64,000 nt of DNA. Source: Myxococcota bacterium. Lineage in GTDB: Bacteria; Myxococcota_A; Polyangia; Nannocystales; Nannocystaceae. A program made the translations under genes and the position numbers. Where the stretch lies: NCBI GenBank assembly GCA_039028615.1, contig JBCCHT010000026.1:32001-96000 (forward strand). Direction: 5' to 3'. Shown in pieces: positions 46,122 to 55,697 of the stretch (its first letter is position 1; the number at the start of each line of letters is the position of its first letter). The notes beneath the pieces were generated by a model. That model was not told the origin of the DNA and made no database searches. It saw only the letters and a list, made by a program, of their open reading frames with translations.

Positions 46122-46946
46122 TCAGGCGCGCGGAGCCAGGTCGAGCCCGTCGAGCTTGGCGCGGTGATCGGCGAAGCGATACCGCAGCCGCGCAGTGACC
46201 GCGCGTACGAGCGCTCGGGCGCGAGGGGGGGTCGACCTGGTGCTGTCGGCGATGGCCTTGAAGGGATGCCCTTCGATCCACATGCGCAGGGCGACCCGCT
46301 GTTGCTCGGGGAGCTCGTCGATGTACGACTCGACCTCGCGGAAGAACCCCCGCAACACGACCCAATCGGTCATGGGAGGCCGTTCGCCTTCATCGGGGCG
46401 GGCATCGAGGCCGTCCGCCTCCGTGTTGACCTTCCGCTTGGAGGCGGTGCGCTTGGCATCGTCGCGCACGGTGCCCAGCTTCGTGCGTACGTGGTCGCCG
46501 ACGGCAAAGCGGGTGGCGGTCAGCAGCCATGCGCGCAGGGGCGTGCCCTCGGCCATCGCCGGATCGTCGGGGGAATCGGGCGGGCGCTCGTCTTCGGCTC
46601 CCCACGTCAGGTTCACCAATCGGGCGCCTCGCTCCACCGTCGCTGCGCCCTGAGCACTCGCCGCATGCGGGGTCGCCCGGTCGAGGAAGCTCTGCAACGA
46701 GGCAAAGCCTCGGCGATGCAAACGGCCGATGACCGCCACCAGCACCGCCCGTTGGTCGTCTTCCGCGGTGAGCCCGTAGGACCGCAGCACGAAGTTCCCC
46801 GACACCCAGCGCTCGACAAAGGGTGTGACGCGAGTGAGAAATTGGTGCCAAGCTGCCGTTCGCGCGGGCTTGGGCGCATCGTGGTCCACCACGCGGGCGA
46901 CCAGCGTGGTGAGTTCGGACTCGACCTCGGAATCCCAGTCGGTCAC
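46122..46946 (-). CDS. ECF-type sigma-70 factor with an insertion in region 2
   Basis: AEDD (DAED-like), LRAWL...R..V.D.VR, region 4 LPEQQRVAL..IEG..FKAIA...A..RLR. Confidence 0.75.
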   Translation of the reverse strand: MTDWDSEVESELTTLVARVVDHDAPKPARTAAWHQFLTRVTPFVERWVSGNFVLRSYGLTAEDDQRAVLVAVIGRLHRRGFASLQSFLDRATPHAASAQGAATVERGARLVNLTWGAEDERPPDSPDDPAMAEGTPLRAWLLTATRFAVGDHVRTKLGTVRDDAKRTASKRKVNTEADGLDARPDEGERPPMTDWVVLRGFFREVESYIDELPEQQRVALRMWIEGHPFKAIADSTRSTPPRARALVRAVTARLRYRFADHRAKLDGLDLAPRA

Positions 46947-46980
46947 GCGACCCCAACCTAACACAGGCCTCACCCTCTCC

Positions 46981-49900
46981 GTGTCCGAGTCTCACCCCAC
47001 CATCGACGAACTCACCGCTTGGACCGGTGGCGACGACAATGCGAAGGCGGCATGGGACGCGCACATGACCCGATGCGAGCAGTGCCAGAGTCTCGTCGGG
47101 TTGCTCGACGTGGGCGAGGACGACGAGGCAGACCTCGGGCCCTCGATGCCCGACGATGGTGAAGGCGAGCGCTTCGATCTGCTCGGTCGATTGGGGCACG
47201 GCGGCATGGGGGAAGCGTGGCTCGCCTACGACACCCGGCTCGGTCGCGAAGTCGTGCTCAAGCTACCCCGCACGGCGGACCCGGTGGCCGCGCGCGCCCT
47301 GATGGAAACCCTGGCCAAAGAAGCCGTGCTGACGGCCGGCCTCTCTCACCCGAGCATCGTGGCGGTCTATGAGGCGGGGAGGTTGCCCGACGGTCGGCCG
47401 TTTTACGCGATGCCCTATATCGCGGGCACGGATCTCGAGGACGAGATCGCGTCGCGCCCGGACTTCGGCGATCGGATCCGGTTGCTCCCCCGGCTGGCAG
47501 CCATCGCGTACGCCTTGGCTCATGCGCACGAGCGCGGCGTGGTCCACCGGGACGTGAAGCCCTGCAATATTCGTCTAGGCCGCAACTCGGAGACGACGTT
47601 GTTGGACTGGGGATTGGCCGGGCGCGTGCGTGAGACGGACGGAACCGAGGGGCGCGCGGCGGCGGCGGATGTGGGGCCACTGACCGCGGCGGGGGTGGGG
47701 ACGCCCGGATATATGGCTCCAGAGCAGAGCGAGGGTGCTCTGCCCATGCCGGCGATGGATGTGTACGGACTGGGGGCAACGCTCGTGCACCTGCTCAGCG
47801 GTCGAGCACCGTCGGTTTCTGCACCGGTTCGCGACTTGCCTCCGCAGTCGCCATCGGAGCTGCGGTCGCTGTGTTCCCGCGCGCTCGCATCCCAACCCGA
47901 GCAACGGTTGCCGGACGCATCCTCGTTTGCGCGTGAGCTCCAGAGCTTCCTGGACGGGCGGCTCCTCGCGACGCATGAGTACGGCGCGGGGGAGCGGATG
48001 CTGCGTTTCGCCCGGGAGCACTGGCGCGTGCTCGCGCTGGCCGGGCTGGCCATGGTCACGGCCGGTTCTCTGTGGGCGTTGCGCGGGCGAGCGGAGCGGG
48101 CCGAGACCCGGGCGCGCGACCTGGACCGTCGGGTGGAGAACGAGCTCGCGCGCTCGCTGTCGTCGGAAGCCGAACTGCTCTCGGATCAGGTCGGACGCCG
48201 TGGTGAGGCGCTGGTGCGAGCCGTCCGGGCGGACGCGCGAGATGGGCTGGACGACGCCTCGCAGCGGGCGACCTGGCGCGCGCTGGGGAGCGTGCTGGCG
48301 CGCGGTCCGACCACGCAGTGGATCGAGCAAGGCGCGGGCGCGGCCATCCGATCGCTCCCGAATACCCGCGGGGTCGCGCACGTGGGCCCGGGAGGTGTCT
48401 TGCGGCGCTTCAAGGGCGGGCACCTGAGCGATACCGAGTCGGTCCGGCTGACGTCGACGCAATCGCATCGCATCGTGGAGTCTCCCTCCGGCGAGGCGGT
48501 GTATGTCGATGGCACGACCGACAGCGGAATCGCGGACTGGGAGGCGGGGTCCTACCGGGCGATCGAGGGCTCGGGCCCGGGCCCGAACCCCGGGTGCTGG
48601 CTCGACGACGAGACGCTGGTCGTCGGCCTCGGTGAACGGCTCGCGCGGGTGAATCGCGAGGGGGTCATCGTCGAGAGTGTCGAGCAAGAAGCGGTCGCTG
48701 CATTCGCGGGGTGTCTGGACGCGGTGGCCGTGTTCACCACCGTGGCGGGGGAGCTCACGCTTTGGGACGGCGGCGACGGCATCGATCGCCGTGAGGTCGG
48801 AGCACCGACTGCCGAGGTCGGTGTGTCGGGTGGATCGGCCTGGATCGTCGGTCAAAACGGTCAGGTCTCGGAGGTATCCTGCGCCGCGCCCACCGACGTG
48901 CACGGCTGCGAGCTGGCGGTACGCGGGACCTTCGAGGTGGGGCGCGTGCACCTGCCGGCCTTCGATTCGGAGCGGGGCTTCCTGGCGGTCTCCAATATCG
49001 AAGCCGACGCCTCTGGAGAGCGGCTCTACGTGCTGAGGCCGGGCGAGGGGCCCGAGCTGGAGTCCCGAGCTCGCTTCCGCGGGTTCATCAACGGCTTCAG
49101 TCCCCGCGGCGACCGCATGACCGAGGTCACCGAGGACACGACCGGGGTGTTGGTGAGGCCCACGAACGCCCCTTGGCTGGCGACCCGGGTCGATTCGGGG
49201 AGCTCGTTCTTCCTTCGAACCCGTTCCGTGGCCGACGGCGGCGGGTACGTCTGGGCAGCCAACGGAGAAGGCACGTTGCTCGCCCATGTCGGTGACGAAC
49301 CCGGTCGAGGAGGGGTCTTCGCCCATGGTCGCGACCTACTCTCGCTCGAGCGCCGCGGACACGCGATGGTCAGCACGTCGGCGGATGGCACGGTGGTCAT
49401 CCGATCGATGGAGGGGCTCGTGGCGAGCGCCCAGCTCGACGACGCGGTGGTCGCGGTGGCACCTCGTGCCGAGAGCCCGACCGTGGCCGTCGCCGATGCG
49501 AGTGGGTCGGTGTGGACGTGGCGTGGGCACGACCCTCCCATGAAGTCGGCCGAGCATGCGTTCGTGGTGCGGGCGTTGGCGTGGAACGATGACGGCACGG
49601 TGCGCAGCTTCGACGCTGGCGGTCACACGCGAGGCATCCACGGGCCGGCTGTGCCTCCGCCCGGTGAGCCCGCGGTCGTCAGCCTCGAGCCCTCGATCAC
49701 GAAGTCGCTGTCGGCAGGGATCGGTGCTCGGATCTCGGGGGCGGGCGCCGAGCGTCGGTTTGAGCTCTGGGGCTTGGTCGAGGGGGAGCCGTCGTGGCAG
49801 GTCCGCAGCCCGGCGCTGGCCGAGGCGGAAAACTCGGTGCTCGGCGTGTATCCCGTTTCTCGAGGGCGGGTGCTGGTCGCGACCGAGTCGGCGGCGGTGG

Positions 49901-50391
49901 TGGTGACACTGGATCGGGAGCGGGCGTCCGAGTGGGCGGGGCGCCTGGACGAGCCCACGTGGATCGAGACGAACCCCGAGGACGCGTCGTGGTTCGCCAC
50001 CATCGACCCCGATTTCGGCATTCGGGTGCACAACCTCGATGGTGAGAGCGAGTCGCTGTTGCTCGAGGGGGAGCAGCCGCCCACGGATGTGGCGATGAAC
50101 GTGGGAGCCCGACGGCTCGTTGCGTTGTCGGGGGAAGAGGTCACAGTGTGGAACCTCGACACTCGGCGACCGCAGTGGTCGTTCTCGGCACCCGGGACGG
50201 TGGCCATCGAGTATGGCCCGGAGCGTCGCTGGATCTGGCTGGGGATGGCCAACGGCAGCGTTCGAGCCGTTCCCGCCGATCCGACGCAGCTGCGGGCGGT
50301 GGCCTGTGAACGGCTCGAGAACTTCAACGAGCTGGCGGCGCAGGTGCGTCCGATGTGCTCGGCTGAAGGTTCCGAAGCTGGGGATCGGTGA
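46981..50391 (+). CDS. Ser/Thr protein kinase with N-terminal HxxxCxxC zinc finger, TM helix and WD40-like beta-propellers
   Basis: HMTRCEQC, GHGGMG, VVLK, HRDVKPCN, DWG, GTPGYMAPE. TM LALAGLAMV. S.SADG.V and WN/WD blades. Confidence 0.9.
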   Translation: MSESHPTIDELTAWTGGDDNAKAAWDAHMTRCEQCQSLVGLLDVGEDDEADLGPSMPDDGEGERFDLLGRLGHGGMGEAWLAYDTRLGREVVLKLPRTADPVAARALMETLAKEAVLTAGLSHPSIVAVYEAGRLPDGRPFYAMPYIAGTDLEDEIASRPDFGDRIRLLPRLAAIAYALAHAHERGVVHRDVKPCNIRLGRNSETTLLDWGLAGRVRETDGTEGRAAAADVGPLTAAGVGTPGYMAPEQSEGALPMPAMDVYGLGATLVHLLSGRAPSVSAPVRDLPPQSPSELRSLCSRALASQPEQRLPDASSFARELQSFLDGRLLATHEYGAGERMLRFAREHWRVLALAGLAMVTAGSLWALRGRAERAETRARDLDRRVENELARSLSSEAELLSDQVGRRGEALVRAVRADARDGLDDASQRATWRALGSVLARGPTTQWIEQGAGAAIRSLPNTRGVAHVGPGGVLRRFKGGHLSDTESVRLTSTQSHRIVESPSGEAVYVDGTTDSGIADWEAGSYRAIEGSGPGPNPGCWLDDETLVVGLGERLARVNREGVIVESVEQEAVAAFAGCLDAVAVFTTVAGELTLWDGGDGIDRREVGAPTAEVGVSGGSAWIVGQNGQVSEVSCAAPTDVHGCELAVRGTFEVGRVHLPAFDSERGFLAVSNIEADASGERLYVLRPGEGPELESRARFRGFINGFSPRGDRMTEVTEDTTGVLVRPTNAPWLATRVDSGSSFFLRTRSVADGGGYVWAANGEGTLLAHVGDEPGRGGVFAHGRDLLSLERRGHAMVSTSADGTVVIRSMEGLVASAQLDDAVVAVAPRAESPTVAVADASGSVWTWRGHDPPMKSAEHAFVVRALAWNDDGTVRSFDAGGHTRGIHGPAVPPPGEPAVVSLEPSITKSLSAGIGARISGAGAERRFELWGLVEGEPSWQVRSPALAEAENSVLGVYPVSRGRVLVATESAAVVVTLDRERASEWAGRLDEPTWIETNPEDASWFATIDPDFGIRVHNLDGESESLLLEGEQPPTDVAMNVGARRLVALSGEEVTVWNLDTRRPQWSFSAPGTVAIEYGPERRWIWLGMANGSVRAVPADPTQLRAVACERLENFNELAAQVRPMCSAEGSEAGDR

Positions 50392-50938
50392 TCCTCACCC
50401 GTCCGCGGTGTTGCGGCAGCGACTTGGCGGCCACCCGGGCATCGCCGGTGGTGGAGAGCCGAGCCCAGCGATGTTTTCCCGCGAGCTGGCCGTCGATCCA
50501 CAGCGTGACCTGGTCCCTGCGCTGCTCGATCCGCACCCGAAACGGTTGCGTGGTCTCGAGCGTGGGGTGGGCGGTCCAGCCGTCGGTCGCGAACTGGGCT
50601 TCGTTCTCGTAGAACGCGTAGCGGCCGTTCTGGAACAGGATGAGTCCCGAGGGCATCCGGACCTCCACTGACGGGCGAGCGTCGCGGGAGATCCTCTGGA
50701 GCCCGACCTCCAGGTCGAAGTCCCCGGTGATGGGGGTCGTGAACCGGGCCCAGGCAAAGGTCCACGCCAGTGCGGCCGGCGGGGTGACCAGCCACCACTG
50801 GCCACACTTCGCCCCCCGCATCACGGAGGGCGAGTCGACGAAGGCATCCTCGTCACACTCTCGCTCCGTCGCCTCGGAAGAGCCGAGGAGCATGGTCAGC
50901 AGACCGATGGCGAAGGGCGAGAGTGCGGAGGCGGGCAC
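50324..50938 (-). CDS. Hypothetical secreted protein, possible concanavalin-A/LamG-like fold
   Basis: Signal-like N-terminus, F.L.V, F.VRIEQ....T.WIDG. 3' end overlaps the convergent kinase gene. Confidence 0.5.
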   Translation of the reverse strand: MPASALSPFAIGLLTMLLGSSEATERECDEDAFVDSPSVMRGAKCGQWWLVTPPAALAWTFAWARFTTPITGDFDLEVGLQRISRDARPSVEVRMPSGLILFQNGRYAFYENEAQFATDGWTAHPTLETTQPFRVRIEQRRDQVTLWIDGQLAGKHRWARLSTTGDARVAAKSLPQHRGRVRITDPQLRNLQPSTSDAPAPPAR

Positions 50939-50950
50939 GAGCGTCGTGCC

Positions 50951-53719
50951 TCAGTTGGCCGGCGGGGCGTAGCTGGTGAGCTTGATGCCTTCGACGGCCG
51001 CGACGTACTCGTCGTAGTTCGGCGTACGCCCCAGGATGGTGGAGAGCACCACGATCGGCGTGGAGGCGAGCAGCGACTCGCCCTTCTTCTCGTCACTGTC
51101 GGCGACGACGCGCCCCTGGAACAGACGAGTCGACGTCGCCATGACGGTGTCGCCCTTCTCGGCCTTCTCCTGGTTGCCCATGCAGAGGTTACAGCCGGGC
51201 CGCTCGAGGTACATGATGTTCTCGTACTTCGTGCGGGCGGTGTCCTTGGGTGAGATGTCGTCGAACTCGAAGCCCGAGTACTTCTGCAGGACGGCCCAGT
51301 CGCCCTCTTCCTTCAGCTCGTTGACGATGTTGTAGGTCGGCGGGGCCACGACCAGCGGCGCCTTGAAGGTCACCGTGCCCTGCTGGCGCTCGATGTTCTT
51401 GAGCATCTGGGAGATGATCTTCATGTCTCCCTTGTGGACCATGCAGGAGCCGACGAACCCGAGGTCGACCTTCTTGGTGCCGCCGTAGTACGAGATGGGC
51501 CGGATGGTGTCGTGTGTGTAGCGCTTCGACACGTCCTCGTTGTTCACGTCGGGGTCGGCGATCATCGGCTCGATGATCTCATCCAGGTCGACGACGAACT
51601 CGGCCGAGTACTGGGCGTTGTCGTCGGGGCGCAGGGCGGGCTTGTCACCGGAGCGGAGCTCGGCGATGCGCTGCTCGGCCTTGTCGATCAGGCCCTGGAG
51701 CAGCTTCCGCTCGTTGTCCATGCCCTTGTCGCACATGATCTGAATGCGGCTCTTGGCGATCTGGAGCGACTCGATCAGCGTCTCGGGCTCCGAGATGCAG
51801 ATGGAGGCCTTGGCCTTCATCTCCGCGGTCCAGTCGGTGAACGTGAAGGCCTGGTCGGCGAGCAGGGTGCCGATGTGCACCTCGATGACCTTGCCCTGGA
51901 ACACGTTCTCCCCGAACTGGTGGAGCATCTGCGCCTGAGTGGCATGGACGACGTCGCGGAAGTCCATGTGGTCCTTGAGCGTGCCCTTGAAGGTCACCTT
52001 GACCGACTGCGGGATGGGCATGGTGGCCTCACCCGTGGCCAGAGCCAGGGCCACCGTGCCCGAGTCGGCCCCGAAGGCGACGCCCTTGGACATCCGCGTG
52101 TGGGAGTCGCCGCCGATGATCACCGCCCAGTCGTCGACGGTGATGTCGTTGAGCACCTTGTGGATGACGTCGGTCATCGCCGGGTACTCGCCCTTCGGAT
52201 CGCGCGCGGTGATGAGCCCGAACTTGTTCATGAAGCCCATGAGCTTCGGGATGTTCGTGCGCGCCTTGAGGTCCCAGACCGAGGCAGTGTGGCAGCCCGA
52301 CTGGTAGGAGCCGTCGACGGTGGGCGAGATGACGGTGGCGGCCATCATCTCGAGCTCCTGCGAGGTCATCAGGCCGGTGGTGTCCTGCGAGCCGACGATG
52401 TTGACCTTCACCCGGACGTCGGAGCCGGCGTGGAGCACCTTGCCCGGCGTCACGCCGACCGCGTTCTTGTTGAAGATCTTCTCGACGGCGGTGAGGCCCT
52501 GTCCCTGGTGGGAGATTTCCTTGGCCTCGGCGTACACGGCGGGCACGTCGATGCCGAGGATGCCGGCGGCGGTGGTCTGGAGCTTCTTGCCGAAGACGAC
52601 CGCGTACGAGCCCTTGGAGCGGATGAACTCGAGCTTCTGGGGCGTCAGGGCCGAAGCGATGTCGCACAGCTCCTGCGTGCCGTCCTCGTTGTAGAGCTTC
52701 TTGGTCTTGGTGTTGATGGTCAGGACGGTGCCGGTGTCGATGGAGAACAGCTGCTCGAGCACGGGCTCGCCGTCCTCGTCCACGACCACCTCACCCTCGT
52801 CGTCGAGCTTCTTGACCCAGTTCTTCAGGTCGATGCCGATGCCGCCCGTCACTCCCACCGTGGTGAGGAAGATGGGCGAGATGCCGTTGGTGCCGCCGAC
52901 GATGGGGGCGATGTTGATGAACGGCACGTAGGGGCTGGCCTGGATACCCGTCCACAGCGCGACGTTGTTGACCCCGGACATGCGCGAGGAACCGACCCCC
53001 ATGGTCCCCTTGTCGGCGACCAGCATCACGCGCTTGTCGGGATGCTTCTCCTTGAGCGCGGTGACGACGTCTTGCGCCTCCTTGTTGTGCTCGAAGATGC
53101 AGTGGCCGTGCAGCTCGCGGTCGGAGCGGGAGTGAGCGTCGCTACCCGGCGACAGCAAGTCGGTGGAGACGTCGCCCACCGCGGTCACGTAGGTCACGAC
53201 CTTGATGATTTCCTCGACCGCCGGAAGCTCGGTGAAGAACTCGGCCTTCGCGTAGCTGTGGAGAATGTCGGTGGCGATGGTGTGGCCGGCCTCGTGGGCG
53301 GCCTCGAGGCGATCGGTGTCCGCCTCGTAGAGGAAGACCTGCGTCCTGAGGACCTTGGCCGCATCGAGGGCGGTGGCCTTGTCGTCGCCGAGCGCGAGGT
53401 CCAGCAGCACCTCGACGGAGGGCCCGCCCTTCATATGTGACAGCAGCTCGAACGCGAAGGCCGGGGTGATTTCCTCGACGGTCGCGGAGCCCAGGATGAT
53501 CTCCTTGAGGAACCGAGCTTTGGCCCCTGCTGCGCTCGTGGTGCCGGGCAGCGTGTTGTAGATGAAGAACTGGAGCGAGTCGGCGCGGTGCTCGTGCCCG
53601 GTGTCCTTGATCTGGGCGATCAACTCTTCGACGAGAGCGGCGTCCTCGATGGGCTTGGGATGAAGCCCGATGCCCTTACGCTTTTCGATCTGTTTGAGGT
53701 AATCCGTGTAAACGCTCAT
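50951..53719 (-). CDS. acnB: Aconitate hydratase B (bifunctional aconitase / 2-methylisocitrate dehydratase)
   Basis: STDLLSP, GSSRMS, GSQDTTG, QSGCH, GDSHTR, FVGSCM, GCNLCMGNQ, TSTR. GGAG RBS before ATG 53719. Confidence 0.96.
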   Translation of the reverse strand: MSVYTDYLKQIEKRKGIGLHPKPIEDAALVEELIAQIKDTGHEHRADSLQFFIYNTLPGTTSAAGAKARFLKEIILGSATVEEITPAFAFELLSHMKGGPSVEVLLDLALGDDKATALDAAKVLRTQVFLYEADTDRLEAAHEAGHTIATDILHSYAKAEFFTELPAVEEIIKVVTYVTAVGDVSTDLLSPGSDAHSRSDRELHGHCIFEHNKEAQDVVTALKEKHPDKRVMLVADKGTMGVGSSRMSGVNNVALWTGIQASPYVPFINIAPIVGGTNGISPIFLTTVGVTGGIGIDLKNWVKKLDDEGEVVVDEDGEPVLEQLFSIDTGTVLTINTKTKKLYNEDGTQELCDIASALTPQKLEFIRSKGSYAVVFGKKLQTTAAGILGIDVPAVYAEAKEISHQGQGLTAVEKIFNKNAVGVTPGKVLHAGSDVRVKVNIVGSQDTTGLMTSQELEMMAATVISPTVDGSYQSGCHTASVWDLKARTNIPKLMGFMNKFGLITARDPKGEYPAMTDVIHKVLNDITVDDWAVIIGGDSHTRMSKGVAFGADSGTVALALATGEATMPIPQSVKVTFKGTLKDHMDFRDVVHATQAQMLHQFGENVFQGKVIEVHIGTLLADQAFTFTDWTAEMKAKASICISEPETLIESLQIAKSRIQIMCDKGMDNERKLLQGLIDKAEQRIAELRSGDKPALRPDDNAQYSAEFVVDLDEIIEPMIADPDVNNEDVSKRYTHDTIRPISYYGGTKKVDLGFVGSCMVHKGDMKIISQMLKNIERQQGTVTFKAPLVVAPPTYNIVNELKEEGDWAVLQKYSGFEFDDISPKDTARTKYENIMYLERPGCNLCMGNQEKAEKGDTVMATSTRLFQGRVVADSDEKKGESLLASTPIVVLSTILGRTPNYDEYVAAVEGIKLTSYAPPAN

Positions 53720-53966
53720 CGTCAGCTCCCTGATGCTCGGACGGTTTTGGGGGTCGGGGAACGTACCGATACCCTGAACGTTAGTCAACGCTCTCACCCG
53801 TTCCACGGGGCCGTGCAGCGCGCCAAGAGAACGACGAACACCGCGGTCTACGAGTCGTTTGACGAGGTCTACGCGGAACACGTGTGGTGAGCGCCCGTAG
53901 CGTTCAACGCAGGGGCGTCGCGTCGCGTTCGAATGTCGCCGTCACATGTCGCACACGCGCGAGTCG

Positions 53967-55622
53967 CTAGCACGTCACGCCGAGTACGGGACGAACGTTG
54001 ACCTCGAATTCCCAGTGCACCGATGGGCTTCGTACCGCGCTGCACAGCAGCTGCCATTCGCCCACCTGCTGCCACGGGTAGAGCATCGCGGCGCCTCCAC
54101 GGGCGACGCGAGTCCCGTCGCCGAAGCGTGGTGCGCCGTCGACGGGCGCGCCCTCGTAGGTCTCTTTCCACACGTCGGCGCATAGCTCGGGTTGCAGGCC
54201 GAAGCCCCAGCAGCCGAACGCGTTCGCGGCCTCGGCTTCGGCGGAGTCGGTGCGCTGGAACCATGCCTCGTCCGGTACTTCGTGACCTCGCCAAGTGAGT
54301 TCGTGCTCTTTGCCGCCACGAGCCAGGTACTCCCATTCGGTCTCGGAGAGCAGACGCCACTGTGTCTCGTCGAGGAAGGGAACGACGGTGTCTGGAGTCA
54401 TCGAGTAGCCCGGTGACGCGCAGACCAGCAACGGCCCCACGGTCGCGCGCATGAGCGGCCGCATGGAGTGGAGCTGCTTTTCGAGGAAGTTGCCGAACTC
54501 CTCGAACCAGTTGTCGCCCGCGGGACGGGCGACCTCACTCGCCGCTCTCACCAGCGCCTCTTCCTCGGGTGAAAGCCCGCGGTCGTAGCTGCCGCCGGGG
54601 ACCAGCCGGAACACCAGGTCGTCGTGGTGGAAGCTGGCGAGCGGGGCGCCTTCGAAGGTCTCGAAGCCGCTGAACGCAAGCCCCTCGACGCGGGCCGCGA
54701 CTCGCTCGGCGATCGCCGTGCGCCGCTCCTCGCTCGCGGCCTTCCAGGTTTCGAACGAGGCCAGCTCGGGGGCGTCGACCTCCACCGCTCGCGCATGGGT
54801 CTGTCGCGCGGCGTCCCCGATGCCATCGACCCGACGCGTGGATTCGTACTTCTCGAGCCAGTACTCGACCGCCTTGCGACACTCCTCGGTCGGTCCCTCG
54901 CGCTCGGCGGGAGGGCCACCGCCTGCGTCCATGGCCGCGAGCAGTTCGGTCCAGCGCTCCTTGCCCTCGAGATGCGCTCTCGCTTTGGCGATGGAGGCCT
55001 TTGCCCCGGTACCCGTAGCCAGGTCGAGGACGGGCAGGGTGTAGCGCATCTGAACTCGCGCCGCGTTGGCGTTGCCCGGCGTCCCGATGAGTCGCACGAG
55101 CAGGGCGTCGCGCCTCGCCTCGGGCAAGCCCTCGACGATGGCTCGCAGGTGCGGCCACGGCACGTGGAAGATGATGTGCGCGTCGTGAGACTCCGGGATC
55201 GGGGTGCCCCGCTGGGCGCTCATCGCTACGCAGAGCGTGAACAGCGACTTGTGTGCGTGCGGGAGCTCGTCGGCCTCGAGCAGTTCGGTCGCGACGGCGC
55301 CCGGATCGAACGCATCGCCTGCGGCCTCGAGCACTCGGGCCAGCACGGGTCCCGGCGGCGCCCACCCCTGTGGCTCCCCCACTGCGGCGCTGACGAAGAC
55401 TCGGGCGACCGTCGCCGCGTCGAGGCCCGCCTCGCCGAGTTCTCGCTCCACGCCCAGCCATCGCGCCGCGCCCTGAACCATCGCGGGCGATGCCCCCTCG
55501 TACAGCTCCGCCGCCTCCCACAGCATCGCTTCGGGCGGGCTTCGCTTGTACCAGCGCCCCAACACATCGAAGAGCGCTCCGTCACCCAGCGGGCTGTGCA
55601 TCAGCTTGGCGTCTTTGAGCAT
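53967..55622 (-). CDS. Protein with C-terminal formylglycine-generating-enzyme (FGE/SUMF1)-like domain
   Basis: F.LVPGG.Y..G, RLLSETEWEYLARGG, NAFG, E.C.D.W...Y.GAP.DG, RVARGG. Confidence 0.8.
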   Translation of the reverse strand: MLKDAKLMHSPLGDGALFDVLGRWYKRSPPEAMLWEAAELYEGASPAMVQGAARWLGVERELGEAGLDAATVARVFVSAAVGEPQGWAPPGPVLARVLEAAGDAFDPGAVATELLEADELPHAHKSLFTLCVAMSAQRGTPIPESHDAHIIFHVPWPHLRAIVEGLPEARRDALLVRLIGTPGNANAARVQMRYTLPVLDLATGTGAKASIAKARAHLEGKERWTELLAAMDAGGGPPAEREGPTEECRKAVEYWLEKYESTRRVDGIGDAARQTHARAVEVDAPELASFETWKAASEERRTAIAERVAARVEGLAFSGFETFEGAPLASFHHDDLVFRLVPGGSYDRGLSPEEEALVRAASEVARPAGDNWFEEFGNFLEKQLHSMRPLMRATVGPLLVCASPGYSMTPDTVVPFLDETQWRLLSETEWEYLARGGKEHELTWRGHEVPDEAWFQRTDSAEAEAANAFGCWGFGLQPELCADVWKETYEGAPVDGAPRFGDGTRVARGGAAMLYPWQQVGEWQLLCSAVRSPSVHWEFEVNVRPVLGVTC

Positions 55623-55697
55623 CACTCGACGGTAACACCCTCGGAGAGCCGCGACGCGACGCGGCACGCTTCGTTCCCGTCGAACGATCTGGGGAGC

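Noticed and set aside
46825..46980. Upstream extension of the kinase ORF
   Set aside because: Overlaps the divergent sigma gene; the zinc-finger domain begins just after GTG 46981.
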